A DNA stretch of 64,000 bases from assembly GCA_965237675.1 (NCBI GenBank), contig OZ250150.1:2912001-2976000 (forward strand), given 5' to 3'. The stretch is from Candidatus Latescibacterota bacterium (GTDB lineage: Bacteria; Latescibacterota; UBA2968; GCA-2709665). This document shows positions 52,048 through 62,243 of the stretch, one piece after another; the stretch's first letter is position 1, and each line of letters begins with the position of its first letter. The notes beneath the pieces were generated by a model, which saw only the letters and a program-made list of their open reading frames with translations, was not told where the DNA came from and made no database searches. Made by a program: the position numbers and the translations under genes.

Positions 52048-52761
52048 ATGAAAGAAAGCCTGCATAGACTCTTGAACCTGCAACACGTCGATAGGGAACT
52101 GGACAAACTCAGAAAGGTACAGACAGATTACCCGGAAACAATCGCGGAAATTCGCACGAAGCTGGAAACCGCAAAACAGGCGGTGGACGTCAAGAAGCAG
52201 CAGGCTGCGGACCTCGAAAAGAACCAGCGTCAGCTGGAGGGTGAACTGGAGACCATACAGGCGGATCTGAAAAAACACCAGGACCGTCTATACGAGGTCA
52301 AAACGAACCGGGAATACGATGCGCTCCAGATCGAAATTGAAGTCCTGAGTAACCGGGCCGACGAAAACGAGACCATGATCCTTGAGGGCATCGAGCAACA
52401 CGATGACCTTAAAGAAATGTTGAAGGAAGAAAAAAGCGCATTTAAGGCGCTGAAAGCCGAATATCTCGCGAAGATTCAGGATCTGCAAAGCCGCCTGGAT
52501 CGTGTCGACGAAGACGTCAGTGGCTGGCAGGAACAGCGGGCGGTTGCGGAAACCCATGTGGAAGTCCGGGTCCTGTCCACGTACCACCGGATCCGGGCCG
52601 TCGTCAAAGACGGGGTCGCCGTGGTACCAATTGGCAAGGGTTCCTGCGGCGGGTGTTTCAGGCAGTTGCCGCCGCAGCGGCGCATGGAGGTCCGGCGTCA
52701 GGACCGGATCCTTCGCTGCGAGAACTGCGGCCGCATCCTGGTGTGGCGGGAAGAACCGTAA
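52048..52761 (+). CDS. Coiled-coil + C4 zinc-ribbon protein (DUF164/CT398-like)
   Basis: Long coiled coil, KTNREY.AL..EIE, CGGC...CENCGRIL; usual synteny with RNase HI/rnpB. Confidence 0.88.
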   Translation: MKESLHRLLNLQHVDRELDKLRKVQTDYPETIAEIRTKLETAKQAVDVKKQQAADLEKNQRQLEGELETIQADLKKHQDRLYEVKTNREYDALQIEIEVLSNRADENETMILEGIEQHDDLKEMLKEEKSAFKALKAEYLAKIQDLQSRLDRVDEDVSGWQEQRAVAETHVEVRVLSTYHRIRAVVKDGVAVVPIGKGSCGGCFRQLPPQRRMEVRRQDRILRCENCGRILVWREEP

Positions 52762-52762
52762 C

Positions 52763-53176
52763 GTGGCCGTATTCACCGTCTATGTAGACGGCGCGGCCAG
52801 AGGCAACCCCGGCCCGGCCGGTATCGGCATCAGGGTTGAACTCGAAGGCGAGGTTCTGAAGGAATATTCCAGTTTTATCGGCAATGCCACCAACAACGTT
52901 GCCGAATACAAGGCCCTGATCAAGGGGTTGGAGATCGTCCGGGGATTGGGCGCGACCCGCATCAATGCCAACTCGGACAGTGAGTTAATCGTCAGACAGA
53001 TGAACGGCCGCTACCGGGTCAAGAGCGCCACCCTGGCGCCCCTGTACCAGAAAGCCAGTGAGCTTGTCCGGTCATTTGAGGGATACCGGATCCGTCACGT
53101 CCCGAGGTCGGAAAATCAGCACTCAGACCGACTGGCCAATCAGGGAATAACGGACGCTTTGAAATTGAAACGATGA
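52763..53176 (+). CDS. rnhA: Ribonuclease HI (archaeal/actinobacterial type)
   Basis: DGAARGNPGPAG, TNNVAEY, SDSELIVRQ, HVPR..N..SD.LAN. Confidence 0.9.
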   Translation: MAVFTVYVDGAARGNPGPAGIGIRVELEGEVLKEYSSFIGNATNNVAEYKALIKGLEIVRGLGATRINANSDSELIVRQMNGRYRVKSATLAPLYQKASELVRSFEGYRIRHVPRSENQHSDRLANQGITDALKLKR

Positions 53177-53207
53177 GCCGCCCGGCGGTTCATGAATCAA
53201 CAATATC

Positions 53208-53641
53208 GGCAAGCGGGCCGGATGGCCGCGCCCTTATCAGTCCGTTGAAAAAGTTGCTCCGCAGACCGGATGGACTTTTTCAACGGGCTGTTATGGGTGA
53301 GGAAAGTCCGAGCTCCACAGGGCAGGATGCTGGGTAACCCCCAGTCGGGGAAACCCGAAGGAAAGTGCCACAGAGAACAGACCGCCAACGGGCGAGACTC
53401 CGGTCTCGCTGCGGGCAAGGGTGAAACGGCGGGGTAAGAGCCCACCGCGCTCCCGGAGACGGGAGCGGCACGGTAAACCCCATCCGGAGCAAGGCCAAAT
53501 AGGAGCGGAGAGACGGCCCGTCTCGTTATCACGCTCGGGTAGGCCGCGCAGAGGCGTCGGGCAACCGGCGTCCCAGATGAATGGCCATCCGTTCGGCGCC
53601 CGGCGCCGAACGACAGAACTCGGCTTACAGGCCCGCTTGCC
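53208..53641 (+). ncRNA. rnpB: RNase P RNA, class A
   Basis: P1 GGCAAGCGGGCC/GGCCCGCTTGCC; GAGGAAAGTCCGAGCTC, GAAAGTGCCACAGA, GGTAAACCCC, GAGCAAGGCCAAATAG, ACAGAACTCGGCTTA. Confidence 0.96.
53238..53290. mobile_element. 53-bp MITE-like insertion in rnpB P3
   Basis: 17-bp TIRs CAGTCCGTTGAAAAAGT / CAGCCCGTTGAAAAAGT (rc); TTAT direct repeats on both sides. Confidence 0.7.
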
Positions 53642-53669
53642 TGATTTCACTCCCGTCCAGGAGCGGGGA

Positions 53670-54494
53670 ATGAGCTTTCACGAGAAATTTCGCCATGCGG
53701 TAGCCAGTCGGAACAGCCGGGTCTGCGTGGGCCTGGATCCCGATCCGGGCCGCCTGCCCGCCCACTTCAACGGAACCGCGGACCCGGTCTCGGCCTTTCT
53801 CAAAGAGATCATCACCGCCACGCAGGACCTCGTCTGCGCCTACAAACCCAACTTCGCCTTCTTCGGAGCGCTGGGACAGGCCGGGTGGCAGAGCCTCGAG
53901 GAAGTCATCCAGGCCATTCCGGACACCACGCCCGTTCTGCTCGATTTCAAAGCCGGCGACATCGGTAATACCGCCGCCCGTTACGCGCAAATGGCTTACG
54001 ACGCGCTCGGCGTCGACGCGGTCACTGTGAACCCGCTCATGGGTTTCGACGCCGTCGCCCCGTTTCTCAGCTACGGCGATCGCTGCGCCTTTCTGCTCTG
54101 CCTGACCTCCAACCCGGGCTCGGCCGATTTCCAGCTGCTTCCCACGCAGGACGGTCCCTTCTATCAACACGTTGCGAGAAAAGCGGTTAAATGGTCCGCC
54201 ACCGGCCCATGCGGCCTCGTGGTCGGCGCGACCCACGTTCGGGAACTCGCCCGGGTCAGGGACATCGCGCCGGAACTTCCCATCCTGGTCCCGGGCATCG
54301 GCGCCCAGATGGGGGATCCCGGCGCCGTGGTACGTCACGGCGCGGACAAGCGCGGCGGGGGTCTCCTGGTCAACGCATCCAGGAGCGTGCTCTACGCCTC
54401 TTCCGAACGGGACTTCGCGGACGCTGCCCGGCAGGCCGCCAACCAACTTCGCTGCAACCTGGCGCGGGAACGGTCGGTTTCGGAATGCGCTTGA
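53670..54494 (+). CDS. pyrF: Orotidine-5'-phosphate decarboxylase
   Basis: CVGLDP, KPN.AFF, LDFKAGDIGNT, TSNPGS, PGIGAQ, NASRS. Confidence 0.95.
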   Translation: MSFHEKFRHAVASRNSRVCVGLDPDPGRLPAHFNGTADPVSAFLKEIITATQDLVCAYKPNFAFFGALGQAGWQSLEEVIQAIPDTTPVLLDFKAGDIGNTAARYAQMAYDALGVDAVTVNPLMGFDAVAPFLSYGDRCAFLLCLTSNPGSADFQLLPTQDGPFYQHVARKAVKWSATGPCGLVVGATHVRELARVRDIAPELPILVPGIGAQMGDPGAVVRHGADKRGGGLLVNASRSVLYASSERDFADAARQAANQLRCNLARERSVSECA

Positions 54495-54548
54495 TCCGGC
54501 GTCGAATGGCAGGCATGCGCGTCCGGCTCGATCACAGGAGATCTCTTT

Positions 54549-55364
54549 ATGGAACGGCGCAGATTGACCGAGGAGCAGAAACAGCAGTGGGCGATAGACG
54601 GGTATATCGTCCTTAAGGGAGTACATTCCGCCGAGGAAACCGCAAACCTCAGGCGGGAGGTGGACCGGCTGCATCGGAAATATGTCCTCAATAACACCGA
54701 CGCGGACTCCAAATCCGGCCTCGACCGGCGAAACGTGTTGCCGGACGGCGACGCTTTCATCCGTCTGGTCGACCACCCCGTTGCGTTTGGCGCCATCGTG
54801 GAACTGATGGGTCCATATATCCAGCTGAGCATGGCCGAAGCCGTTGTGCGTCCGCCGAATCCAGGCTATAAAGGTTTTATACACACCGACGGCGGCCAGG
54901 CCCTGCGCCATATTCGCGTCACCGAAACAAGTTGGCCGCTCCAGCTCAAAATCCAGTACTTTCTCACCGACGTCAAGAAACCCGACTGCGGCAATTTCAC
55001 CATTTTCCCCGGCAGCCATCTGCGGCCCTACCCGGTGGGTGACGCGTCCATCACAGCCCGGACTCCGGGTGCGGTGCAACTTTGCGCGGAAGCGGGAGAC
55101 GCGGCCGTCTTTTCCCACGCCCTCTGGCACGGTGTGTCACCCAACCTGTCCAAACGTTCCCGTAAGACCCTCATATACTGCTATAGCCAGCAATGCTTCC
55201 GCACTTTTGATTTTAACGGCCATTCCCGCGACGTACTGGAAAAGTGCACGCCAAGGCAGCGACGCCTGCTGGGGGATCTGGGCAGAGACTGGCGCCCCGG
55301 CGCGTATTTCTACAGTCCCGAAGACCAGATTGAGATTATCGAGCAGGGGGCCGAAGTCGCCTGA
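54549..55364 (+). CDS. Phytanoyl-CoA dioxygenase (PhyH) family Fe/2OG oxygenase
   Basis: DGYIVL, HTD, PGSH, AGDA..F..LWHG..N...R motifs. Confidence 0.9.
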   Translation: MERRRLTEEQKQQWAIDGYIVLKGVHSAEETANLRREVDRLHRKYVLNNTDADSKSGLDRRNVLPDGDAFIRLVDHPVAFGAIVELMGPYIQLSMAEAVVRPPNPGYKGFIHTDGGQALRHIRVTETSWPLQLKIQYFLTDVKKPDCGNFTIFPGSHLRPYPVGDASITARTPGAVQLCAEAGDAAVFSHALWHGVSPNLSKRSRKTLIYCYSQQCFRTFDFNGHSRDVLEKCTPRQRRLLGDLGRDWRPGAYFYSPEDQIEIIEQGAEVA

Positions 55365-55431
55365 CGGCCATCCCCTGTGGGCGCGGTCGGTCCCGGGCCG
55401 CGCCGCCTGCCTCATACCGGTTTGAACGACG

Positions 55432-57342
55432 ATGCCGTTCATTCAGCTTGAAAACGTCCATAAGGCCTTTGGGGCCCACACCGTGCTGGCCGATCTCACG
55501 TGGAAGATTGAAGCGGGCGACCGTATCGGGCTGGTTGGCCGCAACGGTTGTGGAAAGACAACGCTCTTTCACCTGATCACAGGCCGTCTGCGGCCGGACG
55601 GGGGCGCGGTACATACCCGGCGGAATCTGAACGTCGGGTACCTGGCGCAGGACCCGGAATTGGAGGACGGATCCGCCGTACTCGAAACCGTGCTGGAGGC
55701 GTTCTCGGACGTACTCGAACTTCAACGCCGCCTGCTCGACCTCGAAGATCGATTGACCGCAAGCCACGAGCAGCCCGCCCTCCTGGAAGCATATGGACGT
55801 CTGCAGCATGCCTACGAAGCCCGGGACGGCTACGAGATTGAAGCCCGCGCAAAGGCCATCCTGTACGGGCTGGGTTTCACCCGCGCGGATTTCGAAACCT
55901 CCGTTTCACTGCTCAGCGGGGGTCAGAAGAACCGTCTCGCCCTTGCCCGCCTGCTCGCGAGTGAACCCGACCTGCTTCTTCTCGATGAACCCACCAACCA
56001 CCTGGACCTCCAGGCCATCGAATGGCTGGAGGCATTCCTGCCCGCATTCGACGGCGCGTTCGTCGTAGTCTCCCACGACCGGTATTTTTTGGACCGCACC
56101 ATCGATCGGATCGTTGAACTGGAGTACGGCGCGCTGGACGCGTTCGCGGGCAATTACAGCTTCTATACCGCTGAAAAACAACAGCGCATGGCAAGACGGC
56201 ACAAGGCCTTCGAGCGGCAACGGGAACATATCCGACAGACGGAAGACTATATTCGGCGGAACATCGCCGGGCAGAAAACAAAACAGGCCCAGAGCCGCAG
56301 AAAAGCCCTGAAGAAACTGGATAGGCTCGAACGACCTGGCAGTGAAAAGGAATTCAGGTTGCGATTTGCGTCCGGCGCGAGGGGCGGTAACCGGGTTGTA
56401 GAATTCGAGAAAACTTCGAAAGCCTACGGCGACAACGTCCTATTCAGGGATCTGAACCTGCTCGTCCGCCGCGGCGACCGCCTGGGCATCGTCGGACCCA
56501 ACGGTTCAGGCAAGTCTACCCTGCTGAAGCTGCTAACCGGCCGTATTACGCCGGATGGCGGAACCGTCAAGACCGGCTCTAAAATCCAGGTGGGCTATTA
56601 CGACCAGCACCTGGACGAACTCAACCCCGGCCGTACGCTGCAAGACGAAATCTGGGCGGTCACCCCCGACGCCTCCGTTGGAGAAATCCGAAGCGTTCTG
56701 GGCGCCTTCCTCTTTTCGGGCGATGACGTCGAGCGCAAAACAGGCAGCCTCAGCGGCGGGGAAAAAAGCAGGGTGGCCCTGGCCAAATTGATGAGGTCCG
56801 AAACCAATCTACTGGTTCTGGACGAACCCACCAATCATCTGGATATCCCGTCCAGAGATGTCCTGGAAGACGCCCTCAAGACCTACGACGGCACCATGAT
56901 CGCCGTCTCGCACGATCGCTACTTTCTCAATCTGATGGTCGACCGTTTGCTCGTACTCGGGAATGGCGGATGGGAACTGATCGAGGGCAATTACGAGGCC
57001 TGGCAACGTCAGCGCAACGAGGTGGAAGATCGGCCCGTCGAACGCTCGCTGGAGAAGTCCTCACAAAAGGCCGTGTATGAGCGGAACAGGGCCGACCGCC
57101 GGGCGCAGGAGGGGCGCGAGCGGCGCCTGCAAGCCATCGAAAAAGAGATCCTGGACCTCGAGGCGGAACTCGAACGCCTGGAGGGGCAACTTGCGCTTGA
57201 CGACCGGGCGTCGGATTGGCAGCACCTCCATTCGGTCTCCGAGGAACGCCAGCGAACCCAGACCCGGATCGAAGAATGCATTGCAGCGTGGGAAACGCTG
57301 GACGCGACGGAAACGAAGGGCGAGAAACGGAACTCGGACTGA
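55432..57342 (+). CDS. ABC-F family ATP-binding protein
   Basis: Two NBDs (GRNGCGKT, GPNGSGKS; LSGG; LDEPTNHLD), no TM, C-terminal coiled coil. Confidence 0.94.
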   Translation: MPFIQLENVHKAFGAHTVLADLTWKIEAGDRIGLVGRNGCGKTTLFHLITGRLRPDGGAVHTRRNLNVGYLAQDPELEDGSAVLETVLEAFSDVLELQRRLLDLEDRLTASHEQPALLEAYGRLQHAYEARDGYEIEARAKAILYGLGFTRADFETSVSLLSGGQKNRLALARLLASEPDLLLLDEPTNHLDLQAIEWLEAFLPAFDGAFVVVSHDRYFLDRTIDRIVELEYGALDAFAGNYSFYTAEKQQRMARRHKAFERQREHIRQTEDYIRRNIAGQKTKQAQSRRKALKKLDRLERPGSEKEFRLRFASGARGGNRVVEFEKTSKAYGDNVLFRDLNLLVRRGDRLGIVGPNGSGKSTLLKLLTGRITPDGGTVKTGSKIQVGYYDQHLDELNPGRTLQDEIWAVTPDASVGEIRSVLGAFLFSGDDVERKTGSLSGGEKSRVALAKLMRSETNLLVLDEPTNHLDIPSRDVLEDALKTYDGTMIAVSHDRYFLNLMVDRLLVLGNGGWELIEGNYEAWQRQRNEVEDRPVERSLEKSSQKAVYERNRADRRAQEGRERRLQAIEKEILDLEAELERLEGQLALDDRASDWQHLHSVSEERQRTQTRIEECIAAWETLDATETKGEKRNSD

Positions 57343-57534
57343 ACCGGTACGGGAAAGATGAGTCGGCATCGCCTTTAACAGCCAGTCTGCCGTCGCAACG
57401 TGTCGGCATTTTTTCCGTTTGATTCCATCTTTGGGCCGTTGATACGAGGCGTACGAAACACGGCAAGACCGAATCGGTCTATCCAGGATTCCATAGACGA
57501 TTTTTCCGATCTCCGTATGATGTTCGATCGTTCC

Positions 57535-59559
57535 ATGATGGCGGCCGCCGAATTCGAATTCGTGGTTCTGGCGGACACTCACTACATGCTCGATCCGGGC
57601 GGCCGCGCGCTGGAGTTCGAATCCCGCCGCAAGCAGACCGCCAGAGCGGACGCGGCGCTCAATCTGGCGGCGTCTCTGGGCGCCGACTTCATCGTGCACA
57701 TGGGCGACCTGGTCCAGGAATACCCCGAGACCCGGCGCCACAAGGAGGCGATCGACAAGGCACGGGAGCAACTGGCGCGGCTGGAAGCGGAGGTTTTCCA
57801 CGTCGCCGGCAACCACGACGTCGGCGACAAACCCGATCCAACCATGCCCACCCGGCCCGTCACGGCGGAGTCCCTGAAGCGGTATCAAGACCATTTGGGG
57901 CCTTCCTGGTATAGCTTCGACCGCCACGGATGTCACTTTGTCGTGGTCAATTCCCAGATACTCAACACCGGCCTGCCCGAATCTCAGAGTCAGCGTGACT
58001 GGTTGGAACGCGACCTCGAATCCTATCCGCGTCAACGGGTTTTTCTCTTTCTCCACCTGCCGCCCTTCCTGGAACGGCCGGACGAACCGCACCTGGGCAA
58101 CTACGACAATATCGGCCAGCCCGACAGGTGTTGGATACTCGACCTGATCAGCAGGTACAGGGTGGAAGCGGTCTGCGCCGCGCACGTCCACTTCGCGTTC
58201 TTGAACCGAATCGAGTCGACCCGAATCTACAATGTGCCGTCGACCTCCTTCGTGCGCCCCGGCTTCAGCCACCTGTTCACCGGTCCTCCGCCGCCCGAGC
58301 AGGGCAGGGACGACGCGCCCAAACTGGGTTTCTATCTGTTCCGCGTTTTCCGCGAAAGGACCGACGTGCACTTCATCCGGACCGGGGGTGCGCTTGGCCT
58401 GGAAGAAGCCGCGCCCGGCGCCCCGAAACGACTGCTCACCCGGGCTTCGGCGGGCATTCCCGGCGGCGCCCTCGGCCTCACCCTTCTGCATCCCCTCGCG
58501 CCACGAACTGAAGTCCCGGTCGCATTTCCCAGCGTCGTCCGGCAGCGCGTCAGAAACGACTATCCACTGCTCGCCGGCGTGGAAATCGGCGTAACCGCCG
58601 TTCGATTCCCGGCCTCCGATCTTGAAGATTCCAATCAGCGGGAACGACTCAAAATTCTTCGCGACGAGGGTCCGCGGCTCACGGCGATGCTGCCCGCGTC
58701 CTGTGAGGCGGATCTGTTGCCGTCCGTCCGGCGGCACGCGGATATCGTCGACGCTTGGGAAGTTCAGATACCCGGGGCCCTCCTGCCGTCCGACGACCTC
58801 ACCCGAGCGCTCGCGGCCTGCGGCAAAGAAGCCTCCACGCGTTTCACGCTTTCACCCATCCTCCCGGGAGAGGTCCGTCCCGGCAAACAGCACCCCCGCA
58901 CCAGAATCGGATACCTTCCTGGCGAATTGCCTGAACTGAACCTCCACCTGGCCGGACGGGACGTCTGCATCGACCGGGTCCTTTGCCGTGTTGACGCGAC
59001 CGACCCGTGGAAAACCGCTCAGGGTCTCCTGGACATCGGCGCCCTCAGCCACGTCAAAGGCGTGGACCTTGCCGTGGCCCTCACCTCCTGCGACGACGTG
59101 TTGAATGCCAATGTGGCGGCAGAATCCCTCTTTTGCGCCGCCCTGTTGCCGGGTGCTCGCGTCTACTTCGAGCCCTATATCGACCTGGACCGGACCCTGG
59201 ACGTGGCCCACGGTCTTCTGGATACGTCATGCAACCCACGCCCCGCCTTTCACGCGCTGCGATGCCTAAATACGGTGCTTTTTCACGAGGCGACTGTCCG
59301 CCCGGTTCCCGGAGGAATCGACCTGCCCGGAGCCAGGATTCGGACCCTGACCGCCCCGGCCAGTTTTCATGCCCTGATCACCTCCCGGAGCGGCGAGCTT
59401 CCGGATCCAGGCGGCCTCGCGTTTCCCGGTATTTCACTGGACGCCAGGTTTCTTCTCTACCGCCTTGCCGAGGGCACCGTCCAGAACGGTTCACTCGAAC
59501 GGCTCCTTGAAACCTCGAGAGGTTATTTACCGCCTCTGCTATTGACATCCTGCCCGTAA
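57535..59559 (+). CDS. Calcineurin-like metallophosphoesterase with large C-terminal domain
   Basis: ADTH, HMGDLV, AGNHD, HLPP, AHVH motifs; start uncertain. Confidence 0.82.
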   Translation: MMAAAEFEFVVLADTHYMLDPGGRALEFESRRKQTARADAALNLAASLGADFIVHMGDLVQEYPETRRHKEAIDKAREQLARLEAEVFHVAGNHDVGDKPDPTMPTRPVTAESLKRYQDHLGPSWYSFDRHGCHFVVVNSQILNTGLPESQSQRDWLERDLESYPRQRVFLFLHLPPFLERPDEPHLGNYDNIGQPDRCWILDLISRYRVEAVCAAHVHFAFLNRIESTRIYNVPSTSFVRPGFSHLFTGPPPPEQGRDDAPKLGFYLFRVFRERTDVHFIRTGGALGLEEAAPGAPKRLLTRASAGIPGGALGLTLLHPLAPRTEVPVAFPSVVRQRVRNDYPLLAGVEIGVTAVRFPASDLEDSNQRERLKILRDEGPRLTAMLPASCEADLLPSVRRHADIVDAWEVQIPGALLPSDDLTRALAACGKEASTRFTLSPILPGEVRPGKQHPRTRIGYLPGELPELNLHLAGRDVCIDRVLCRVDATDPWKTAQGLLDIGALSHVKGVDLAVALTSCDDVLNANVAAESLFCAALLPGARVYFEPYIDLDRTLDVAHGLLDTSCNPRPAFHALRCLNTVLFHEATVRPVPGGIDLPGARIRTLTAPASFHALITSRSGELPDPGGLAFPGISLDARFLLYRLAEGTVQNGSLERLLETSRGYLPPLLLTSCP

Positions 59560-59690
59560 TGCTCCCGCCTATTGGGTTGACATTTCCCTGGATTCTATAC
59601 ATCTTTTCTGGCGCAACGGGTCCGCAAATTCTCTTTGGACTGCGATCCGCCGCCTTCCGAATTGCCGCATAAATAACGAGGTTTCGTCCA

Positions 59691-60488
59691 ATGGGGAAAA
59701 CGCTTCGCGTCTGTCTTGCCGCCCTCAAACAGCGGCCCTCCGTACCCGAGGGCGTGGAGAAACTGGTTGCGGTTCTGCGGGAATGTCAGAAGCAAAAAGT
59801 GGATATCGTCTGCACGCCGGAGACCTACCTGCCGGGCCTTCGAGGCGCGTCGTTCGATCTGCCCGAACCGGATCAACCTGCCATGGCGCAGGCCCTGAAA
59901 GACCTTCGAGCCGCCTGCCGCGCCACCGGCGTTGCCGCTATCGCCGGCATGGAGTGGCAGTCCGAACTCGGGCTGGAAAACCGGGCTTTTGTTATCTCCC
60001 CGGCAGGCCGGGTACTCGGCCACCAGACCAAAAACCAGATCACCCCCGGTGGCGAGTCGGAGAACTACGTGCCGGACGGGCAGCGAAGGGTGTTTGCCGT
60101 ACAGGGTGTCAAATTCGGGATTTCAATCTGCCACGAAGGCTGGCGCTACCCGGAAACCGTGCGCTGGCCCGCCCTGCGGGGCGCGCGGATCGTCTTTCAA
60201 CCGCAGGTCACCGGCAGAGACGAAAAAGGACAAGAGCTCAAGAACTGGGGCGAATCCTTCTACGAGAAGGCCATGCAGTGCCGCGCCGGGGAGAACAACA
60301 TCTTCTTTGCCAGCGTAAACCAGGCCATGAAAGGCCAGAACTCCGCCACCAGCCTCATCGACCCCCAGGGCAATCTCATCGAATACGTCCCTTACGGAAA
60401 AGAAAAGCTTCTTATCGCAGACCTGGAGATCGAAAGAGCCACCCGGTTCTACACCAGGCGGTACCGGTCCGAACTCTACCCCGCTTAG
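59691..60488 (+). CDS. Carbon-nitrogen hydrolase (nitrilase superfamily)
   Basis: TPE, K, ICHEG (Glu-Lys-Cys triad), RAGEN, S.LIDP.G. Confidence 0.9.
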   Translation: MGKTLRVCLAALKQRPSVPEGVEKLVAVLRECQKQKVDIVCTPETYLPGLRGASFDLPEPDQPAMAQALKDLRAACRATGVAAIAGMEWQSELGLENRAFVISPAGRVLGHQTKNQITPGGESENYVPDGQRRVFAVQGVKFGISICHEGWRYPETVRWPALRGARIVFQPQVTGRDEKGQELKNWGESFYEKAMQCRAGENNIFFASVNQAMKGQNSATSLIDPQGNLIEYVPYGKEKLLIADLEIERATRFYTRRYRSELYPA

Positions 60489-60672
60489 TGTTCCGACCCG
60501 GAAATAGATTGCCGAAATTCGGCCGCCGAGTCGCCCGGCTGGCAAGACGCCTGAGCGAGGCGACCTGGACAAGGTCGGCAAGCAAAGGCAACGCGGCCAG
60601 ACGGGATGAATCGGCGGATGAACGGTGACATATTTCTGGGACGGGACACTTTCCCATTCCGGAGGAAAACTC

Positions 60673-62010
60673 ATGTCAAAGGGCAGCCTTGTGTTGTTCG
60701 GTATCTGCCTCTCGCTGCTCGCGAGCAGCGGCGTCCACGCTCAGGAAACCTCGCCGGTCGACTTCAATGGAGACGGCGAAGTCAACTTCGCGGATTTCAT
60801 CGCCTTCGCCCGGGGATTCGGCAAGACCGATCAGGATGCGGACTTCGACGCCAGGCTGGACCTCAATAACAACGGTGCAGTCGACTTCCAGGATTTCATC
60901 CTCTTCGCGCGGCAATTCGGCGTCTCAGGACCACCGGCAGATGACGGGGACCGTGAACCATTTGACCCGCCGCGCATCTATATCGCGGACTTTCGAGCAG
61001 ATAGGGTCTACGTGGTGGATGCGGAAACGAATTTTTACGATCCTGCCCTCTCGGCCGTCCTAAGCCAGCCTCGCGGCGTTATTTACTCATATCTTAACCG
61101 GCGAATCTACGTTGCCGGCCAGGATTCTTTCTATGCGCTCACCGAATCCAGCGAGATCGACTACCGGTTGCCGCTCCGGGACCCGCCTGAATCGCCGGGC
61201 TCCCGCGGGAACTCGCGAGGCGGCTTCCGCATGGCGCTTTCGCCGGACCATCGGCTTGCCTACGTTACCGAAGACATAGCTAGTCAGGTCGAAGTCATCG
61301 ATATCAAAAACGCCGAATCCGTCGCGCTTATTCCGCTGTCATATAAGCCCAGTGGCATCGCTATATCTCCCGACGGCGACGCCATCTACGTAGGACATTG
61401 GTCCAGACCGTGGATCTCCGTTATCGACGGTCCAGGACAGGCGCTAGCGGACAGTATCCGACTCGACGGACGGGGCAACGGGCGGTGCATCGCGTCTCCG
61501 GAGGGCGACAGGATCTATACCTCCACAACCCAGGGGGGCGACGATCCGGCGGTTCAGATCGTATCGATTGACCCGGTGACTAAAGAGGTTGTCGACATGC
61601 TGGAGGTTGCCCCGGATTCAACGACGATCGTGTACGACCTTAAAGCCTCCAGGGACGGACGGAAGCTCTATGCAACCGTTAGGCGGTTGTTTCTGGCGCC
61701 TACGGAACGGTTCGGCGTAGTGATAGAGGGCTATTTCTGGACCGTGGATTCAGCCACTCTTAAAAAAACGAGCGAAATCCGGGTCGAAGGGGAAGCCGTG
61801 AATTTCGGGGTCTCGCGGGACGACAAGACCGCATACGTCGCAGTCGTCGATCCATTTACGGGCGTGCTTGGACTCACGATTCTGGACCTGGAAAACAACG
61901 CGGTACTTGGTGCGGTTCCTGTGACCTTTCTGTCGGCGTTCGAGATCAGGGCCTACGGCGGCAAGGCGGCGTTCGGCCGCACGGCCGTTCCCGAAATAAC
62001 CATCTTCTGA
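60673..62010 (+). CDS. Secreted protein with EF-hand/dockerin-like pair and YncE-type beta-propeller
   Basis: Signal peptide; DFNGDGEVNFADF and DLNNNGAVDFQDF; ALSPD..AYV and AISPDG repeats; GGAGG RBS. Confidence 0.85.
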   Translation: MSKGSLVLFGICLSLLASSGVHAQETSPVDFNGDGEVNFADFIAFARGFGKTDQDADFDARLDLNNNGAVDFQDFILFARQFGVSGPPADDGDREPFDPPRIYIADFRADRVYVVDAETNFYDPALSAVLSQPRGVIYSYLNRRIYVAGQDSFYALTESSEIDYRLPLRDPPESPGSRGNSRGGFRMALSPDHRLAYVTEDIASQVEVIDIKNAESVALIPLSYKPSGIAISPDGDAIYVGHWSRPWISVIDGPGQALADSIRLDGRGNGRCIASPEGDRIYTSTTQGGDDPAVQIVSIDPVTKEVVDMLEVAPDSTTIVYDLKASRDGRKLYATVRRLFLAPTERFGVVIEGYFWTVDSATLKKTSEIRVEGEAVNFGVSRDDKTAYVAVVDPFTGVLGLTILDLENNAVLGAVPVTFLSAFEIRAYGGKAAFGRTAVPEITIF

Positions 62011-62243
62011 ATCGGCGGTCAAAGGACGACGGCCGACGTCGGACGTCTGCCCGTATCCGAAACGCGGATCCTCTCGTCCCATCACGGCGCTTTCGGTTCG
62101 TGTGTTCTCGCGGTGTGAACCCGGCCGTACATGCGAGATTTGTCAATCGAAACTCCTTGCATACCGCACCGATTTCACTTAGATTTCACATTAGAACATC
62201 ATTGAACATGGCGCGTCACCTTTATTGGAAAGGAGCGAGAACC

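Noticed and set aside
53291-53650. ORFs overlapping rnpB and the long pyrF extension from 53421
   Set aside because: The region is RNase P RNA; pyrF starts at 53670.
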